Positions 27,942 through 36,756 of a DNA stretch of 64,000 nucleotides are shown one piece after another. Made by a program: the position numbers and the translations under genes. How positions within the stretch are numbered: the first letter of the stretch is position 1; each line of letters starts with the position of its first letter. The stretch is from contig LJNE01000006.1 in assembly GCA_001303125.1 (NCBI GenBank), forward strand, positions 9,169 through 73,168, in the 5' to 3' direction. The DNA comes from Parcubacteria bacterium DG_74_1. Lineage in GTDB: Bacteria > Patescibacteriota > Minisyncoccia > Minisyncoccales > DG-74-1. Under the pieces are notes generated by a model. The model was not told where the DNA came from, ran no database searches, and saw only the letters and a program-made list of their open reading frames with translations.

Positions 27942-28203
27942 TTGAATTAATTATTATACCTTCTTTTTTCAATAAAGCAATCTTTCTTTTGGCGCCGTAT
28001 CGGTAACCGCCGATTTCACCGTCCGATCTTATTACCCGGTGACAAGGAATTGTTTTAAAATCAGGGTTCTTATTCAGAATATTACCCACTGCTCGCCAAG
28101 CCCGAGGCCTATTTGCTAACCTTGCTACTTCTTTATAAGTTAAAAATCCCCCGCGGGGAATTTTTCTTACGACCTTAAAAACTTGTCCTGAAAGATTAAA
28201 CAT
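27910..28203 (-). CDS. ogt: Methylated-DNA--protein-cysteine methyltransferase (DNA-binding/active-site domain)
   Basis: Active-site IPCHRVI, preceded by the helix-turn-helix region YKEVARLANRPRAWRAVGN. The start is trimmed to MFNLSG (ATG at 28203) because the longer ORF overlaps mscS. The 3' end overlaps guaB by 32 nt. Confidence 0.85.
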   Translation of the reverse strand: MFNLSGQVFKVVRKIPRGGFLTYKEVARLANRPRAWRAVGNILNKNPDFKTIPCHRVIRSDGEIGGYRYGAKRKIALLKKEGIIINSNGKITFRPPK

Positions 28204-28210
28204 GATTGAA

Positions 28211-29068
28211 TTATTTTTTTGGTTTGCCGTGAGACCAAATCGCCATTTGAGGAAAGGGAATTTCAATCCCTTCTCTGTCGAAAGATTTCTTTAGCCTTCG
28301 TCTAAACTCTCTCAAGGTGTCCCATTGTTTTAAGGGCTGGGTTTCTCCTAAAACCTTAATCATCACCGCTGAATCACTAAATTTATCCGGGCCTGAACCA
28401 AGAACCTGGATTGGTTTTAAAATATATTCTTTCCATGGTTCTTCCTGCGCCATCTGGTTACCCACCCTATTAATTATTTTTATTACCTTATCTAAGTCTT
28501 CTTTATAGGCAACAGCAACATCCATGTGGGCTCGTGAATAGCCATGGGTTAAATTAGCAGCCATCTTAAAGGAACCATTGGGTATATGCATTTCTTTGCC
28601 GTCGAGGTCGCGCATAATGGTTTTTCTCAAGGTGATATCTTCCACAAAGCCACAGGTGTCATCTAGGCAAACCACGTCGCCTACCCGGTACTGGTTTTCT
28701 AAAATTATAAACATACCAGCTAAAAAATCGCGTACCATCCACTGGGCGCCAAAACCTAAAGCCACGCCCAAAAGCCCGGCTCCGGCTAAGATAGGTCCAA
28801 TGTCTAAACCCGCTTCAGACAAAATCATCATCGCAACTACCATCCAGACAAAAACCCTCAGAGCGCCGTTGAAAATCCCGATCAACGTTTTCTGTCTTTT
28901 AACTGCGCCGTCCTTGGTGCGATCCTTAATTTTAATTCCTTTTGCTATCGCGCTTTCAATTATTTTGGCCCCGAAGTGTGTAATCAAGAAAGCACCAACC
29001 AAAATTGCCAAAATTTTCAATCCACTTGATAAAAAATCCGGATTTAAACCTTGAAAAAACTGCATCAT
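28211..29068 (-). CDS. mscS: MscS-family mechanosensitive channel
   Basis: 285 aa with 3 TM helices followed by the pore-helix/beta-domain signature FLAGMFIILENQYRVGDVV. Confidence 0.88.
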   Translation of the reverse strand: MMQFFQGLNPDFLSSGLKILAILVGAFLITHFGAKIIESAIAKGIKIKDRTKDGAVKRQKTLIGIFNGALRVFVWMVVAMMILSEAGLDIGPILAGAGLLGVALGFGAQWMVRDFLAGMFIILENQYRVGDVVCLDDTCGFVEDITLRKTIMRDLDGKEMHIPNGSFKMAANLTHGYSRAHMDVAVAYKEDLDKVIKIINRVGNQMAQEEPWKEYILKPIQVLGSGPDKFSDSAVMIKVLGETQPLKQWDTLREFRRRLKKSFDREGIEIPFPQMAIWSHGKPKK

Positions 29069-29144
29069 ATATTTTTATTATACTCCGTTAGAAATTTTAG
29101 GACAAATTTTTTTATTTATCTAATTATTCAAGTTTCTAATAGGG

Positions 29145-30389
29145 TTATGCTAACTCTTTGAAAATCTTTAGATAGTCTCTTAAGACTCGAGGTACTAAAA
29201 AATCTCTCCTAACTGTTTGCCGAGCTGCTTTCCCTAATTTTTCAGCTAATTGAGGATTTTTGATTAGCTGAATAATTCTCTTTGACAGTTCCTGGGGACC
29301 AGAACTTAAAAATCCATTTTTATTATTTTGAATTTGAAGCCTTATCCCTTCTGCTGGACCGCCAACCACCGCTTTTCCTTTCCACATTGCTTCAGTAAGC
29401 GACAGCCCAAACCCTTCGCGGGTTGAATTTTGGACAATTACTTCCGAAGCAACCTGAATAGCATTAACAAAAGAATGAATTTCTAAGCTCCCTAACATTT
29501 CCGGATCAAAGAAAAGAAAAATATCGGGGTCTTTTTCCGCTTTTTCTTTAACAAGGCTATAAACCTTCATTGCCTCTGGATCATCTTTGGCTAAGAAAAA
29601 ACCAACTAAAGCCAGCTGCAAATCGGGAACCTTCTTTTTAAGCATTTGATAAGCCTCAATTAATTCCAAAAATCCTTTCCAAGGATCGAAACGAGAAACC
29701 TGAGAAACCAAAGGTCTTAAAGGATTTACTCCATAACTTTTTAAAATCTCTTTTGAGAAATCTAAATTTAGCGGTTGGTTTTTGTGGGCCAGAGGATCGA
29801 TGGCTGGAGGAAAAACCATCGTCTTCCTTCTTATCTCTTTTTTAATAAATCTTTTTGAGCTGAGAATAATTTTGTCGTACATCCCAAAAATTCCGGAGAA
29901 GAATTTCCAAGCCTCAGGGTTCGGCAATGTTAAATCAATATGTATTCTACAAATTGCCGGGTGGAAATGGGGTAAATACAAAATTACACCGGCCGGTTGG
30001 GGGTCGTGAATTATCCAGACATCGGGCTTCATGTCTCTCATTAAGTTAGCCGATCTTTCTATATGCTCCAGGTATCTCACTCGTTGCCAAAAAGGGATGA
30101 CATATTCTTTCCCCTGAAGGGCATTATGAATTTCTTTAGTAATTTTAAAAAAATCTTCTCTTGGCGGAATAGTATACCACTCAGCTCTTATCCCTATTCC
30201 TTTCATTAAGGGGACCAAACTTCTTAAAAGCTCAGCGACCCCACCGCCCCGGGGCGTAGCATTTACTTGAAAAACCCTCAGACCCTTAAGACCCTTAGCC
30301 AGCCTGGCTATCTCCTCAAAAAGATCTCCCGAGATCAGCTCTCTATAGTCCTCTAATTTTTGATGGTTAGTTCTAACTAATGGCAACAT
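29145..30389 (-). CDS. treT: Trehalose glycosyltransferring synthase-like GT4 glycosyltransferase
   Basis: 414 aa. KLEDY..VNATPRGGGVAELLRSLVPL..FFKITKEIHNALQG..HDPQPA..HIDL..VSRFDPWKG..REGFGLSLTEAMWKGK closely follows my recollection of archaeal TreT. Confidence 0.7.
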   Translation of the reverse strand: MLPLVRTNHQKLEDYRELISGDLFEEIARLAKGLKGLRVFQVNATPRGGGVAELLRSLVPLMKGIGIRAEWYTIPPREDFFKITKEIHNALQGKEYVIPFWQRVRYLEHIERSANLMRDMKPDVWIIHDPQPAGVILYLPHFHPAICRIHIDLTLPNPEAWKFFSGIFGMYDKIILSSKRFIKKEIRRKTMVFPPAIDPLAHKNQPLNLDFSKEILKSYGVNPLRPLVSQVSRFDPWKGFLELIEAYQMLKKKVPDLQLALVGFFLAKDDPEAMKVYSLVKEKAEKDPDIFLFFDPEMLGSLEIHSFVNAIQVASEVIVQNSTREGFGLSLTEAMWKGKAVVGGPAEGIRLQIQNNKNGFLSSGPQELSKRIIQLIKNPQLAEKLGKAARQTVRRDFLVPRVLRDYLKIFKELA

Positions 30390-30819
30390 AATTCTTTAAA
30401 TATTCATTAGCCTTTTTGAGAACCTTTTTAGCATTTTTGAAGGTTAGTTGTCTCAGGGCCTCGGAATATGGTAGCCATTTATACCCAATGTGTTCTCCAG
30501 AAATTTTTATTTCTTTTGTTTTTGTTTCTACCAAATAAAAAGTAACGAATTTTAGAATGTTTTCATCCCCCCATTTAAAAAAATATTTAATCGTTTCTTG
30601 AAATTCTTTAAGAAATTTAATATCTTGTAGGCCCGTTTCTTCTTCAACTTCTCTTCTGACGGTATCTTCCGATTTTTCTCCTTTCTCAATGTGCCCTTTG
30701 GCTAAATCCCAATATTCTTTTCGAGCCCGTGAACCAGAGGGGTAATGCAAAAGCAAAAATAATGGTTTTTCACTCTCTTTTCTGAAGATTATTGCTCCGG
30801 CTGATTTTTCAACTGGCAT
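30373..30819 (-). CDS. NUDIX hydrolase
   Basis: 148 aa with the Nudix box GHIEKGEKSEDTVRREVEEETGL. Confidence 0.88.
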   Translation of the reverse strand: MPVEKSAGAIIFRKESEKPLFLLLHYPSGSRARKEYWDLAKGHIEKGEKSEDTVRREVEEETGLQDIKFLKEFQETIKYFFKWGDENILKFVTFYLVETKTKEIKISGEHIGYKWLPYSEALRQLTFKNAKKVLKKANEYLKNYVAIS

Positions 30820-30925
30820 ATTTTAGCATTATAACAATTTTAAAAATAAACCAAAATGGCTTCTTTCAAGGAACCATTTTCAAGAATAATGGTCATTAAA
30901 TTCTATTTCTAAAAAAGGAGATAAC

Positions 30926-32641
30926 TTACTGCCTAAAAAACTTTAATAATTTTACTAAGGGGTGCGCGTTAATAATATTTGCCTTCTCGGCCCACCCCCT
31001 TCTCGCCTGGGCAATACCCAATTCAATATACCTTAATTGATCTTTATGATGAGCGTCGGTATTGATTACCATTTTCACTCCAGCCTCTTTTGCTCTTCTA
31101 ATATTTTGATCGTTTAAATCTAGCCTCTCAGGGCAAGAATTAATTTCCAAAATCACCCTATATTCTTTAGCCGCTCTCAAAATTTTATCAAAATCGCACT
31201 GAAACTCGTCTCTTTTTTTTAGGATTCTCCCAGTTGGATGAGAAATAATATTAATGTAAGGATTTTTCATGGCCCGAATTATTCTTTCTGTCATCCGTTC
31301 TTTTTCTATCTTAAAACTAGAGTGAATTCCGGCAATAGCATAATCTAATTCTTTGAGGGCTTCGTCTTTAATGTCAATTGTGCCGTTATTTAAAATATTA
31401 GTCTCAGCCCCCTGTAAGATTTTGAAATTCTTAAGCTTAGAGTTTACCTTATTAATCTCCTTTCTCTGTCGGGCTAATTTCTTTTCATCTAAACCGTGTT
31501 CAATCCTTAAGAACTTGGTATGATCAGAAATTCCCAAATATTCATAGCCCAATTTCTGAGCTGCCTTAACTAGTTCCTGAATTGAATTCACTCCTCCGTC
31601 CCAACTGGAGTGACAATGCAGGTCGCCCTTAATATCTTGGTAGCCAATAACCCTTGGGAGTTTTCTCTCTAGGGAAGCCTCTACTTCACCTTGATCTTCT
31701 CTCAACTCTGGTTCCATCCACTCCATGCCAAGTTTTTTGTAAACTTCCCCCTCGGTTTTACCGGCAATTATTTTTTTACTCTTAAATAATCCGTATTCTG
31801 AAAGTTTTAATCCTTTATTGATGGCTATCCTTCGGGTAGCTATATTGTGCTCTTTGGACCCAGTAAAATATTGAAGGGCCGAACCGTAACTTTTTTTAGG
31901 CAAAACCCTTACGTCTATATCAAAACCCTCTTCTACCCTGACAGAGCATTTCGTCGAACCCTTACCCCAAACCTTTATCACTTCTGGTTGAGAAACAATA
32001 AAATCCATCACCTTTTGTGGTTTTCTTGAAATAACCAAAAAATCAGCATCGCCGATTGTTTCCTTCATTCTTCTAACTGAGCCCGCATAATCTACTCTTT
32101 CCACTTCTTTTAATGCTTGCAGTTTCGAGTAAATCATTCTGACTCTCGGCAAAATTTCTCCTAAGAGAAATCGTCCTTTGTCTCTCTTCAAAAAAGCAAT
32201 TCCTTCTAGAATGTTTTTTTCAGTCTTCTCATCAAATCCAAATAAATGAGCAACCTGATGAGTTTTGGCAGCTTTTTCTAAATCCTTTAAACTCCTGATG
32301 CCTAACTTCTGATGAAGAACTTTTACCCTCTTTGGACCCAATCCTTCTACTGCTGTTAACTCTTCCACCTGAACAGGTGTTTTTTTTCTTAGATCTTGAT
32401 AATACTTGACTTTTCCGGTTTTTAGATATTCTTCAATCTTTCCTGCAATGCTTTTGCCCACTCCGGGAATTTTTTCCAAAGCTTTAATTCCTCCTTGTTT
32501 ATAAATTTCTTCCACATCTTCTTCTAAGCTTTCTAAGGTAATAGCTGCTTTCTGATAGGCATAAGGCTTAAAGGTTATTCCTTCCATTTCCAAGAAATCA
32601 GCAATCTCATATAAAACATTGGCTAATTCTTGATTCTTCAT
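30926..32641 (-). CDS. polX: Family X DNA polymerase with C-terminal PHP domain
   Basis: HhH motifs (IPGVGKSIAGKI, VEGLGPKR), the palm motif GSVRR..IGDADFLV, and PHP motifs GDLHCHS..SDH. The start is trimmed to MKNQELAN (ATG at 32641). Confidence 0.9.
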   Translation of the reverse strand: MKNQELANVLYEIADFLEMEGITFKPYAYQKAAITLESLEEDVEEIYKQGGIKALEKIPGVGKSIAGKIEEYLKTGKVKYYQDLRKKTPVQVEELTAVEGLGPKRVKVLHQKLGIRSLKDLEKAAKTHQVAHLFGFDEKTEKNILEGIAFLKRDKGRFLLGEILPRVRMIYSKLQALKEVERVDYAGSVRRMKETIGDADFLVISRKPQKVMDFIVSQPEVIKVWGKGSTKCSVRVEEGFDIDVRVLPKKSYGSALQYFTGSKEHNIATRRIAINKGLKLSEYGLFKSKKIIAGKTEGEVYKKLGMEWMEPELREDQGEVEASLERKLPRVIGYQDIKGDLHCHSSWDGGVNSIQELVKAAQKLGYEYLGISDHTKFLRIEHGLDEKKLARQRKEINKVNSKLKNFKILQGAETNILNNGTIDIKDEALKELDYAIAGIHSSFKIEKERMTERIIRAMKNPYINIISHPTGRILKKRDEFQCDFDKILRAAKEYRVILEINSCPERLDLNDQNIRRAKEAGVKMVINTDAHHKDQLRYIELGIAQARRGWAEKANIINAHPLVKLLKFFRQ

Positions 32642-32645
32642 GTTC

Positions 32646-33311
32646 TTATCCTTTAGGCAAATAAGGTTCCTGAAGTCCTTTTGCTTCAGGGGTCCGAGGG
32701 ATAGAATTATCTTTGGGTGCAATATCCTTATAAATCAGAAATGGCAAGAAGGCGCTAGCCAACGCAAAAAATGCTACCCCCATAAACAGAACATCAAAAC
32801 CAAATTTGACAGCAATTACTCCCCCCAAAGCTCCCGATGTGGCCGCTCCAATCCCAATAACGGTACTTCTAGTTGACCATTCAAAGGCTTCTTTCCCCCT
32901 ATCAATGTGACGAGTAAAAATGGCACACCATCCAGGAATATTCATTGCCATCCCTAAAGAATAAACTCCCTGGCACAGATAAATATGCCAAGGTAAATAA
33001 CTAAAAATGTAGCCTAAAACAGCTAAAGTCGCTAAAAAGTTACCAATTACCACGAACCATAAATCATCTCTTTCTCCCCTAATTTTATCTAAATACTGAC
33101 CGAAGGGAATTTGGAAAATTGATTTTACCCCCCAATAAATTCCCATAGTAAAACCGGCTATTTCTGTCGCTTCTATTGTGTCCCCAGCTGTAATTCTTTG
33201 AGCAATAAAAATAGCAAAAATTGGAGTAATAAACCCAAAACCAGTTAGAAGGGCAACGTCAGAAGCAATCATTACCTTAATCACTTTGTCAATTGACTTC
33301 AACATAATCAA
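32646..33311 (-). CDS. Six-TM MFS-like half-size membrane protein
   Basis: 221 aa with 6 TM helices. An MFS motif-A-like loop (GQYLDKIRGERD) lies between TM2 and TM3, and there is no second six-helix half. Confidence 0.5.
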   Translation of the reverse strand: MIMLKSIDKVIKVMIASDVALLTGFGFITPIFAIFIAQRITAGDTIEATEIAGFTMGIYWGVKSIFQIPFGQYLDKIRGERDDLWFVVIGNFLATLAVLGYIFSYLPWHIYLCQGVYSLGMAMNIPGWCAIFTRHIDRGKEAFEWSTRSTVIGIGAATSGALGGVIAVKFGFDVLFMGVAFFALASAFLPFLIYKDIAPKDNSIPRTPEAKGLQEPYLPKG

Positions 33312-33455
33312 CTACTAAATATTTTTATCGTTATTCCTCTCCCCCTGAGTGGACTATTAAAATCTAGAGGCCACTTTAGCCTTGTTTTCTTTAAACAAGA
33401 TATTCCCCAATAATATTATTCCCAACCAGAGACATCGATAAAAACCTTCCTCCGA

Positions 33456-34223
33456 CTATATTTCGCGAAATCTGTTTCTAAGAAAGGCTACAATTTCAGA
33501 GCCAACCTCTGGAGCGTCCCAAAAATAATCATGCCCCGGAGCTTGGATAGCTTGAGAAAATGAAAGATCTTGTCTTTTTATTTTTGCTGAAAGCCATTTG
33601 CGGGGTGAGTTTAACAAAGAGAAAAGCAAAATTTTAATTTTCCCTTTAGCTAAACTGTCTTTCCCGGCATTGTTTAATTGAAGAATATTTTCTGGCTCAG
33701 AAATGTTGGCCCAAAAAGGTGTTCCCGCGGTAATAACTATAACTGAACCTCTAGCTTCTTCGGAAATTTTCTCATAGGTTTCATTGGCAAAAGCTCCGCC
33801 AGCAGACAACCCTGTCACGATAACTTTTTTATCTGGCATTTTTTCAACCAAAGACTCAATTTCTCTCGCCAGAAGATTCGAAGAAGACTCAAAAGAATTT
33901 AAAAAATCTTTGGCCCCAGCTATTCTGCCAAAAAAATCATCTTTGGTTCTGGCATAAGGAATGACTAAAGAATTATAGCCCCAATCGTTAAGTGTTTTTT
34001 GAATTCCTTCAATAATCGGTGCGAAATCTTTAGCTTCTTCTAGAGAGGTATTTCCCCAACCACCGGAATTAAAAATAATAATGACGTCGGCCTGCGGGAC
34101 CGGGTTTAAAAACTCCTCAAGTTGAATATGTTCTGGAAAACCCGTCGGACTGAAAAGAAAAAGTAGGCCATTTAAAGCAACCAAAGAGATGGTAAGGTAT
34201 TTTATTTTTTTCATCTTCAACAA
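33456..34223 (-). CDS. Secreted alpha/beta-hydrolase-like protein
   Basis: 255 aa with an N-terminal signal/anchor and the nucleophile elbow VTGLSAGG. Confidence 0.55.
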   Translation of the reverse strand: MLKMKKIKYLTISLVALNGLLFLFSPTGFPEHIQLEEFLNPVPQADVIIIFNSGGWGNTSLEEAKDFAPIIEGIQKTLNDWGYNSLVIPYARTKDDFFGRIAGAKDFLNSFESSSNLLAREIESLVEKMPDKKVIVTGLSAGGAFANETYEKISEEARGSVIVITAGTPFWANISEPENILQLNNAGKDSLAKGKIKILLFSLLNSPRKWLSAKIKRQDLSFSQAIQAPGHDYFWDAPEVGSEIVAFLRNRFREI

Positions 34224-34831
34224 AACTTTTTTTCTAAGGCCTTTATAAATTCAAGTAGGGTAGAATTATCCACTAATTCTTCTATCTGAATCCACCAAGG
34301 CTCAATTGCAAAACGTTTTTCTTTTTTATAATACTCTAGGGCCTGTAATAAATTTTCTACACGGTCTACTTGACGAACGAACCTACCTTCCGGTGTTAAT
34401 CCCCTTTCGTAGTCAAGCCAAAGACTTTCTATTTCTTTTTTTGTCGTAGGGGCCAGTTTAAAAATTAATTTTTTCAATGCCGTATGTTCTTTTTTGTATT
34501 TCTCGGAAAAAAATTTTTCTTTTTCTTTTTTAGAAAATCTTGGCCATTTTTGGGTTAGTTTTCTCCGTTCCTTCTTATTTCTCGGATGGAGCTGGTGGTA
34601 AGGAGTAGTATCTCCGGCATAAACCTCGCAAATATCATGAATTAGAGAAATTTTAATAACTTTATTCACATTAAGCCTTCTCTTCTTTCCTAAAAGCCAG
34701 GCCATAATAGACATTCGAAAACTGTGAGCGGCAATTGTTTCCGGGTTTTTTATTCCCCTTAATACCCACCCTCGTCTTGGCATCTTTTTTAGTTTTCCGA
34801 CTTCAATTAAAAAATTAACGATGTTCTTCAT
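34217..34831 (-). CDS. HD-domain phosphohydrolase (YfbR-like 5'-deoxynucleotidase family)
   Basis: 204 aa. ETIAAHSFRM..SLIHDICEVYAGDTTPY provides the H..HD..D metal ligands. Confidence 0.8.
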   Translation of the reverse strand: MKNIVNFLIEVGKLKKMPRRGWVLRGIKNPETIAAHSFRMSIMAWLLGKKRRLNVNKVIKISLIHDICEVYAGDTTPYHQLHPRNKKERRKLTQKWPRFSKKEKEKFFSEKYKKEHTALKKLIFKLAPTTKKEIESLWLDYERGLTPEGRFVRQVDRVENLLQALEYYKKEKRFAIEPWWIQIEELVDNSTLLEFIKALEKKFC

Positions 34832-34894
34832 AAAATTAAACCAGGCTTTTGTCCTGGCTTAATGATATCAAAATTTTAAACTAATTTGAAGTTC

Positions 34895-35371
34895 TTAAGA
34901 AGTTTGATACTTTATTTTTTTAATCTTATAAATTGTTTTTACGGGGGAGGAGACTAAAACTGCGTCGCCGACCTTGTGTCCTAAAAGGATTCGGCCGACC
35001 GGTGATTCATTTGAAATCTTACCAACCGTTGGGTTAGCCTCTAAGGTCCCGACAATTTCAAACTCATCTTTTTGCCCGTCTATTTCTACTAAAACCTTTG
35101 CCCCTAGCTGGACAATATTTTGTTTTTCTTTTGGAGGCGGTTTAATCAACTGAGTATTTCTTAAGATATATTTCAACTCCATTATCCTTGACTCTAAAAA
35201 GCTTAAATCTTCCTGGAAAGAGAGGTATTCCGGGTTTAAATCTTCTGAATGCCAAATTTTAGGAACCTCTCCCTTGGTTTTGGATATTTTAAGACTATTT
35301 AAATCTTGGAGCTCTTTCTTGAGCTTTTCTAGGCCTCCTTTGGTTAAATAAAACTTTTTTTCTTGGGCCAT
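34895..35371 (-). CDS. greA: Transcription elongation factor GreA
   Basis: 158 aa with an N-terminal coiled coil (LTKGGLEKLKKELQDL) and a C-terminal FKBP-like domain (ISNESPVGRILLGHKVGD). Confidence 0.9.
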   Translation of the reverse strand: MAQEKKFYLTKGGLEKLKKELQDLNSLKISKTKGEVPKIWHSEDLNPEYLSFQEDLSFLESRIMELKYILRNTQLIKPPPKEKQNIVQLGAKVLVEIDGQKDEFEIVGTLEANPTVGKISNESPVGRILLGHKVGDAVLVSSPVKTIYKIKKIKYQTS

Positions 35372-35401
35372 TTTTTTAAAAAATCCCCTTGGCGAGGGGA
35401 T
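35372..35401 (-). terminator. Intrinsic terminator/attenuator in the greA leader
   Basis: On the minus strand: ATCCCCT-CGCCA-AGGGGAT (7-bp stem, 35383-35401), followed by TTTTTAAAAAA and then the greA ATG. The right arm AGGGGA is the only Shine-Dalgarno-like element for greA. Confidence 0.7.
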
Positions 35402-35425
35402 AAGTTTTCCAGAAGAATTATTTAT

Positions 35426-35539
35426 TCAACTTTCCCCTCGTAAAATCAACGGACCAGAAACATAAATAGCGATGCAGCCTTTCTTACAAGCAGCGCATGA
35501 GTCGATAAGATTTAATTGATTTCTTTCCTTTGGCATCAT
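35426..35539 (-). CDS. Candidate small ORF / leader peptide (37 aa, three Cys)
   Basis: My translation is MMPKERNQLNLIDSCAACKKGCIAIYVSGPLILRGES. It is preceded by AAGGT and a consensus promoter and followed by the terminator. It is below the ORF-track cutoff. Confidence 0.3.
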   Translation of the reverse strand: MMPKERNQLNLIDSCAACKKGCIAIYVSGPLILRGES

Positions 35540-35554
35540 TGTATTACCTTTTAT

Positions 35555-35582
35555 ATTATATTCCTTTAAAAGCCCTTGTCAA
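35555..35582 (-). promoter_or_regulatory. Consensus sigma70-type promoter (TTGACA-16 nt-TATAAT)
   Basis: On the minus strand, TTGACA (35577-35582), a 16-nt spacer and TATAAT (35555-35560). Both hexamers are perfect, and the -10 lies 15 nt upstream of the small-ORF ATG. Confidence 0.6.
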
Positions 35583-35730
35583 GAGGGCTTTGATTCTCTA
35601 AAACTTCTGTTTTAGAATTGATTAAGGGAATCGATTGGCCAGAGATTTATCTTTTTTATTTAGTAAAATAATCTAAAAAGATATGGCCTTGTTTTAGAGA
35701 TTATCTTAACAGATTTAAATTTTTATTCCG

Positions 35731-36756
35731 ATGATTGAAATTGACGGTTCATTTGGTTCCGGTGGTGGCCAGATTCTGCGTACGGCTTGTGCCCTGGCTG
35801 CGATAACTAAAAAGCCCTGCCACATATTTAATATAAGAGTTAAGCGACCAAAGCCTGGCTTGATGCCGCAACACCTTTTTGGTCTTCAGGCTCTAGCTCA
35901 GATTTGTAAAGCTAGACTAGAGGGTGACGAGCTTGAATCAAAAGAAATCAAATTTTATCCCGGAGAAATTTACAAAGACCGAATTACCATCAATATCCCA
36001 ACGGCAGGGAGCATTACTTTAATTTTGCAAGCATTAATCCCGCCAGCCCTATTTGTGCCAAGCATTACAAAAATTTCTTTTAATGGCGGGGCGACCGACA
36101 CCTTTTTCTCGCCGACGATCGATTATTTCAGATATGTTTTTTTGAAAATTATAGAAATAATGGGGGCGAAAGTTAAAATTAACGTTTCAAGAAGGGGTTA
36201 CTATCCAGAAGGTGAAGCAAAAATGGAGGCCGAAGTTTTTCCATCAGAATTAAAGAACCTTAATTTATTAAAAAGAGGGGCATTCAAAAAAATTACTGCA
36301 ATCTCCGGAGCCTCAACTTCTCTAAGAAATAAAAAGGTAGCTGAGCGTCAGTTAGCTGGAGTAAGAGAAGTTTTGGGTAAATTTAAATTACCAACTGAGG
36401 AAAAAATTGAATATTTTGATGTTTGTTGCCCGGGAAGCCAAATTTGTTTGATCGCCGAGTTTGAAAATACAACAATTGGCACCGATAATCTTGGAAGGCT
36501 TAATAAAAGAGCTGAAGATATTGGAAAAGAAGCGGCTTTAGAGCTCCTGAAAGAACAAAAATCTGGAACTTGTTTAGACAAATATTTGGCGGACCAAATT
36601 CTTCCTTATCTGGCCCTCTTGCCCGGGAAAAGCCAGGTCGCTTGTTCAGAAATTACAAAACATTCCCGAACTAACATTTGGGTAATTGAAAAATTCCTAG
36701 ATGGGGAATTCGAAATAGAAAATAGTTTAATCTCTTGGAGTCCTAAAAAAATTTAA
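35731..36756 (+). CDS. rtcA: RNA 3'-terminal phosphate cyclase
   Basis: 341 aa. IEIDGSFGSGGGQILRTACALAAITKKPCHIFNIR..RPKPGLMPQH..GGATD matches the RtcA family pattern. Confidence 0.9.
   Translation: MIEIDGSFGSGGGQILRTACALAAITKKPCHIFNIRVKRPKPGLMPQHLFGLQALAQICKARLEGDELESKEIKFYPGEIYKDRITINIPTAGSITLILQALIPPALFVPSITKISFNGGATDTFFSPTIDYFRYVFLKIIEIMGAKVKINVSRRGYYPEGEAKMEAEVFPSELKNLNLLKRGAFKKITAISGASTSLRNKKVAERQLAGVREVLGKFKLPTEEKIEYFDVCCPGSQICLIAEFENTTIGTDNLGRLNKRAEDIGKEAALELLKEQKSGTCLDKYLADQILPYLALLPGKSQVACSEITKHSRTNIWVIEKFLDGEFEIENSLISWSPKKI

Noticed and set aside
28204-28266. N-terminal extensions offered by the ORF track for ogt (to 28266), polX (to 32722), DUF2229-like subunit 1 (to 40815) and the receiver protein (to 59186).
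   Set aside because: In each case the extension overlaps the 3' end of the upstream gene and adds residues not expected for the family. An internal ATG placed right after the upstream stop gives the canonical N-terminus (MFNLSG, MKNQELAN, MTIGIPR, MKKILIVEDD).
35597-35699. GTTTTAGA(G) occurs twice (35609-35616 and 35691-35699) and resembles the start of some CRISPR repeats. There is also a TCTAAAAC/GTTTTAGA hairpin upstream of rtcA.
   Set aside because: There are only two copies of 8-9 nt with no regular repeat-spacer periodicity and no cas genes. Short AT-rich matches like this are expected by chance. At most it is an operator-like inverted repeat in the rtcA promoter region.
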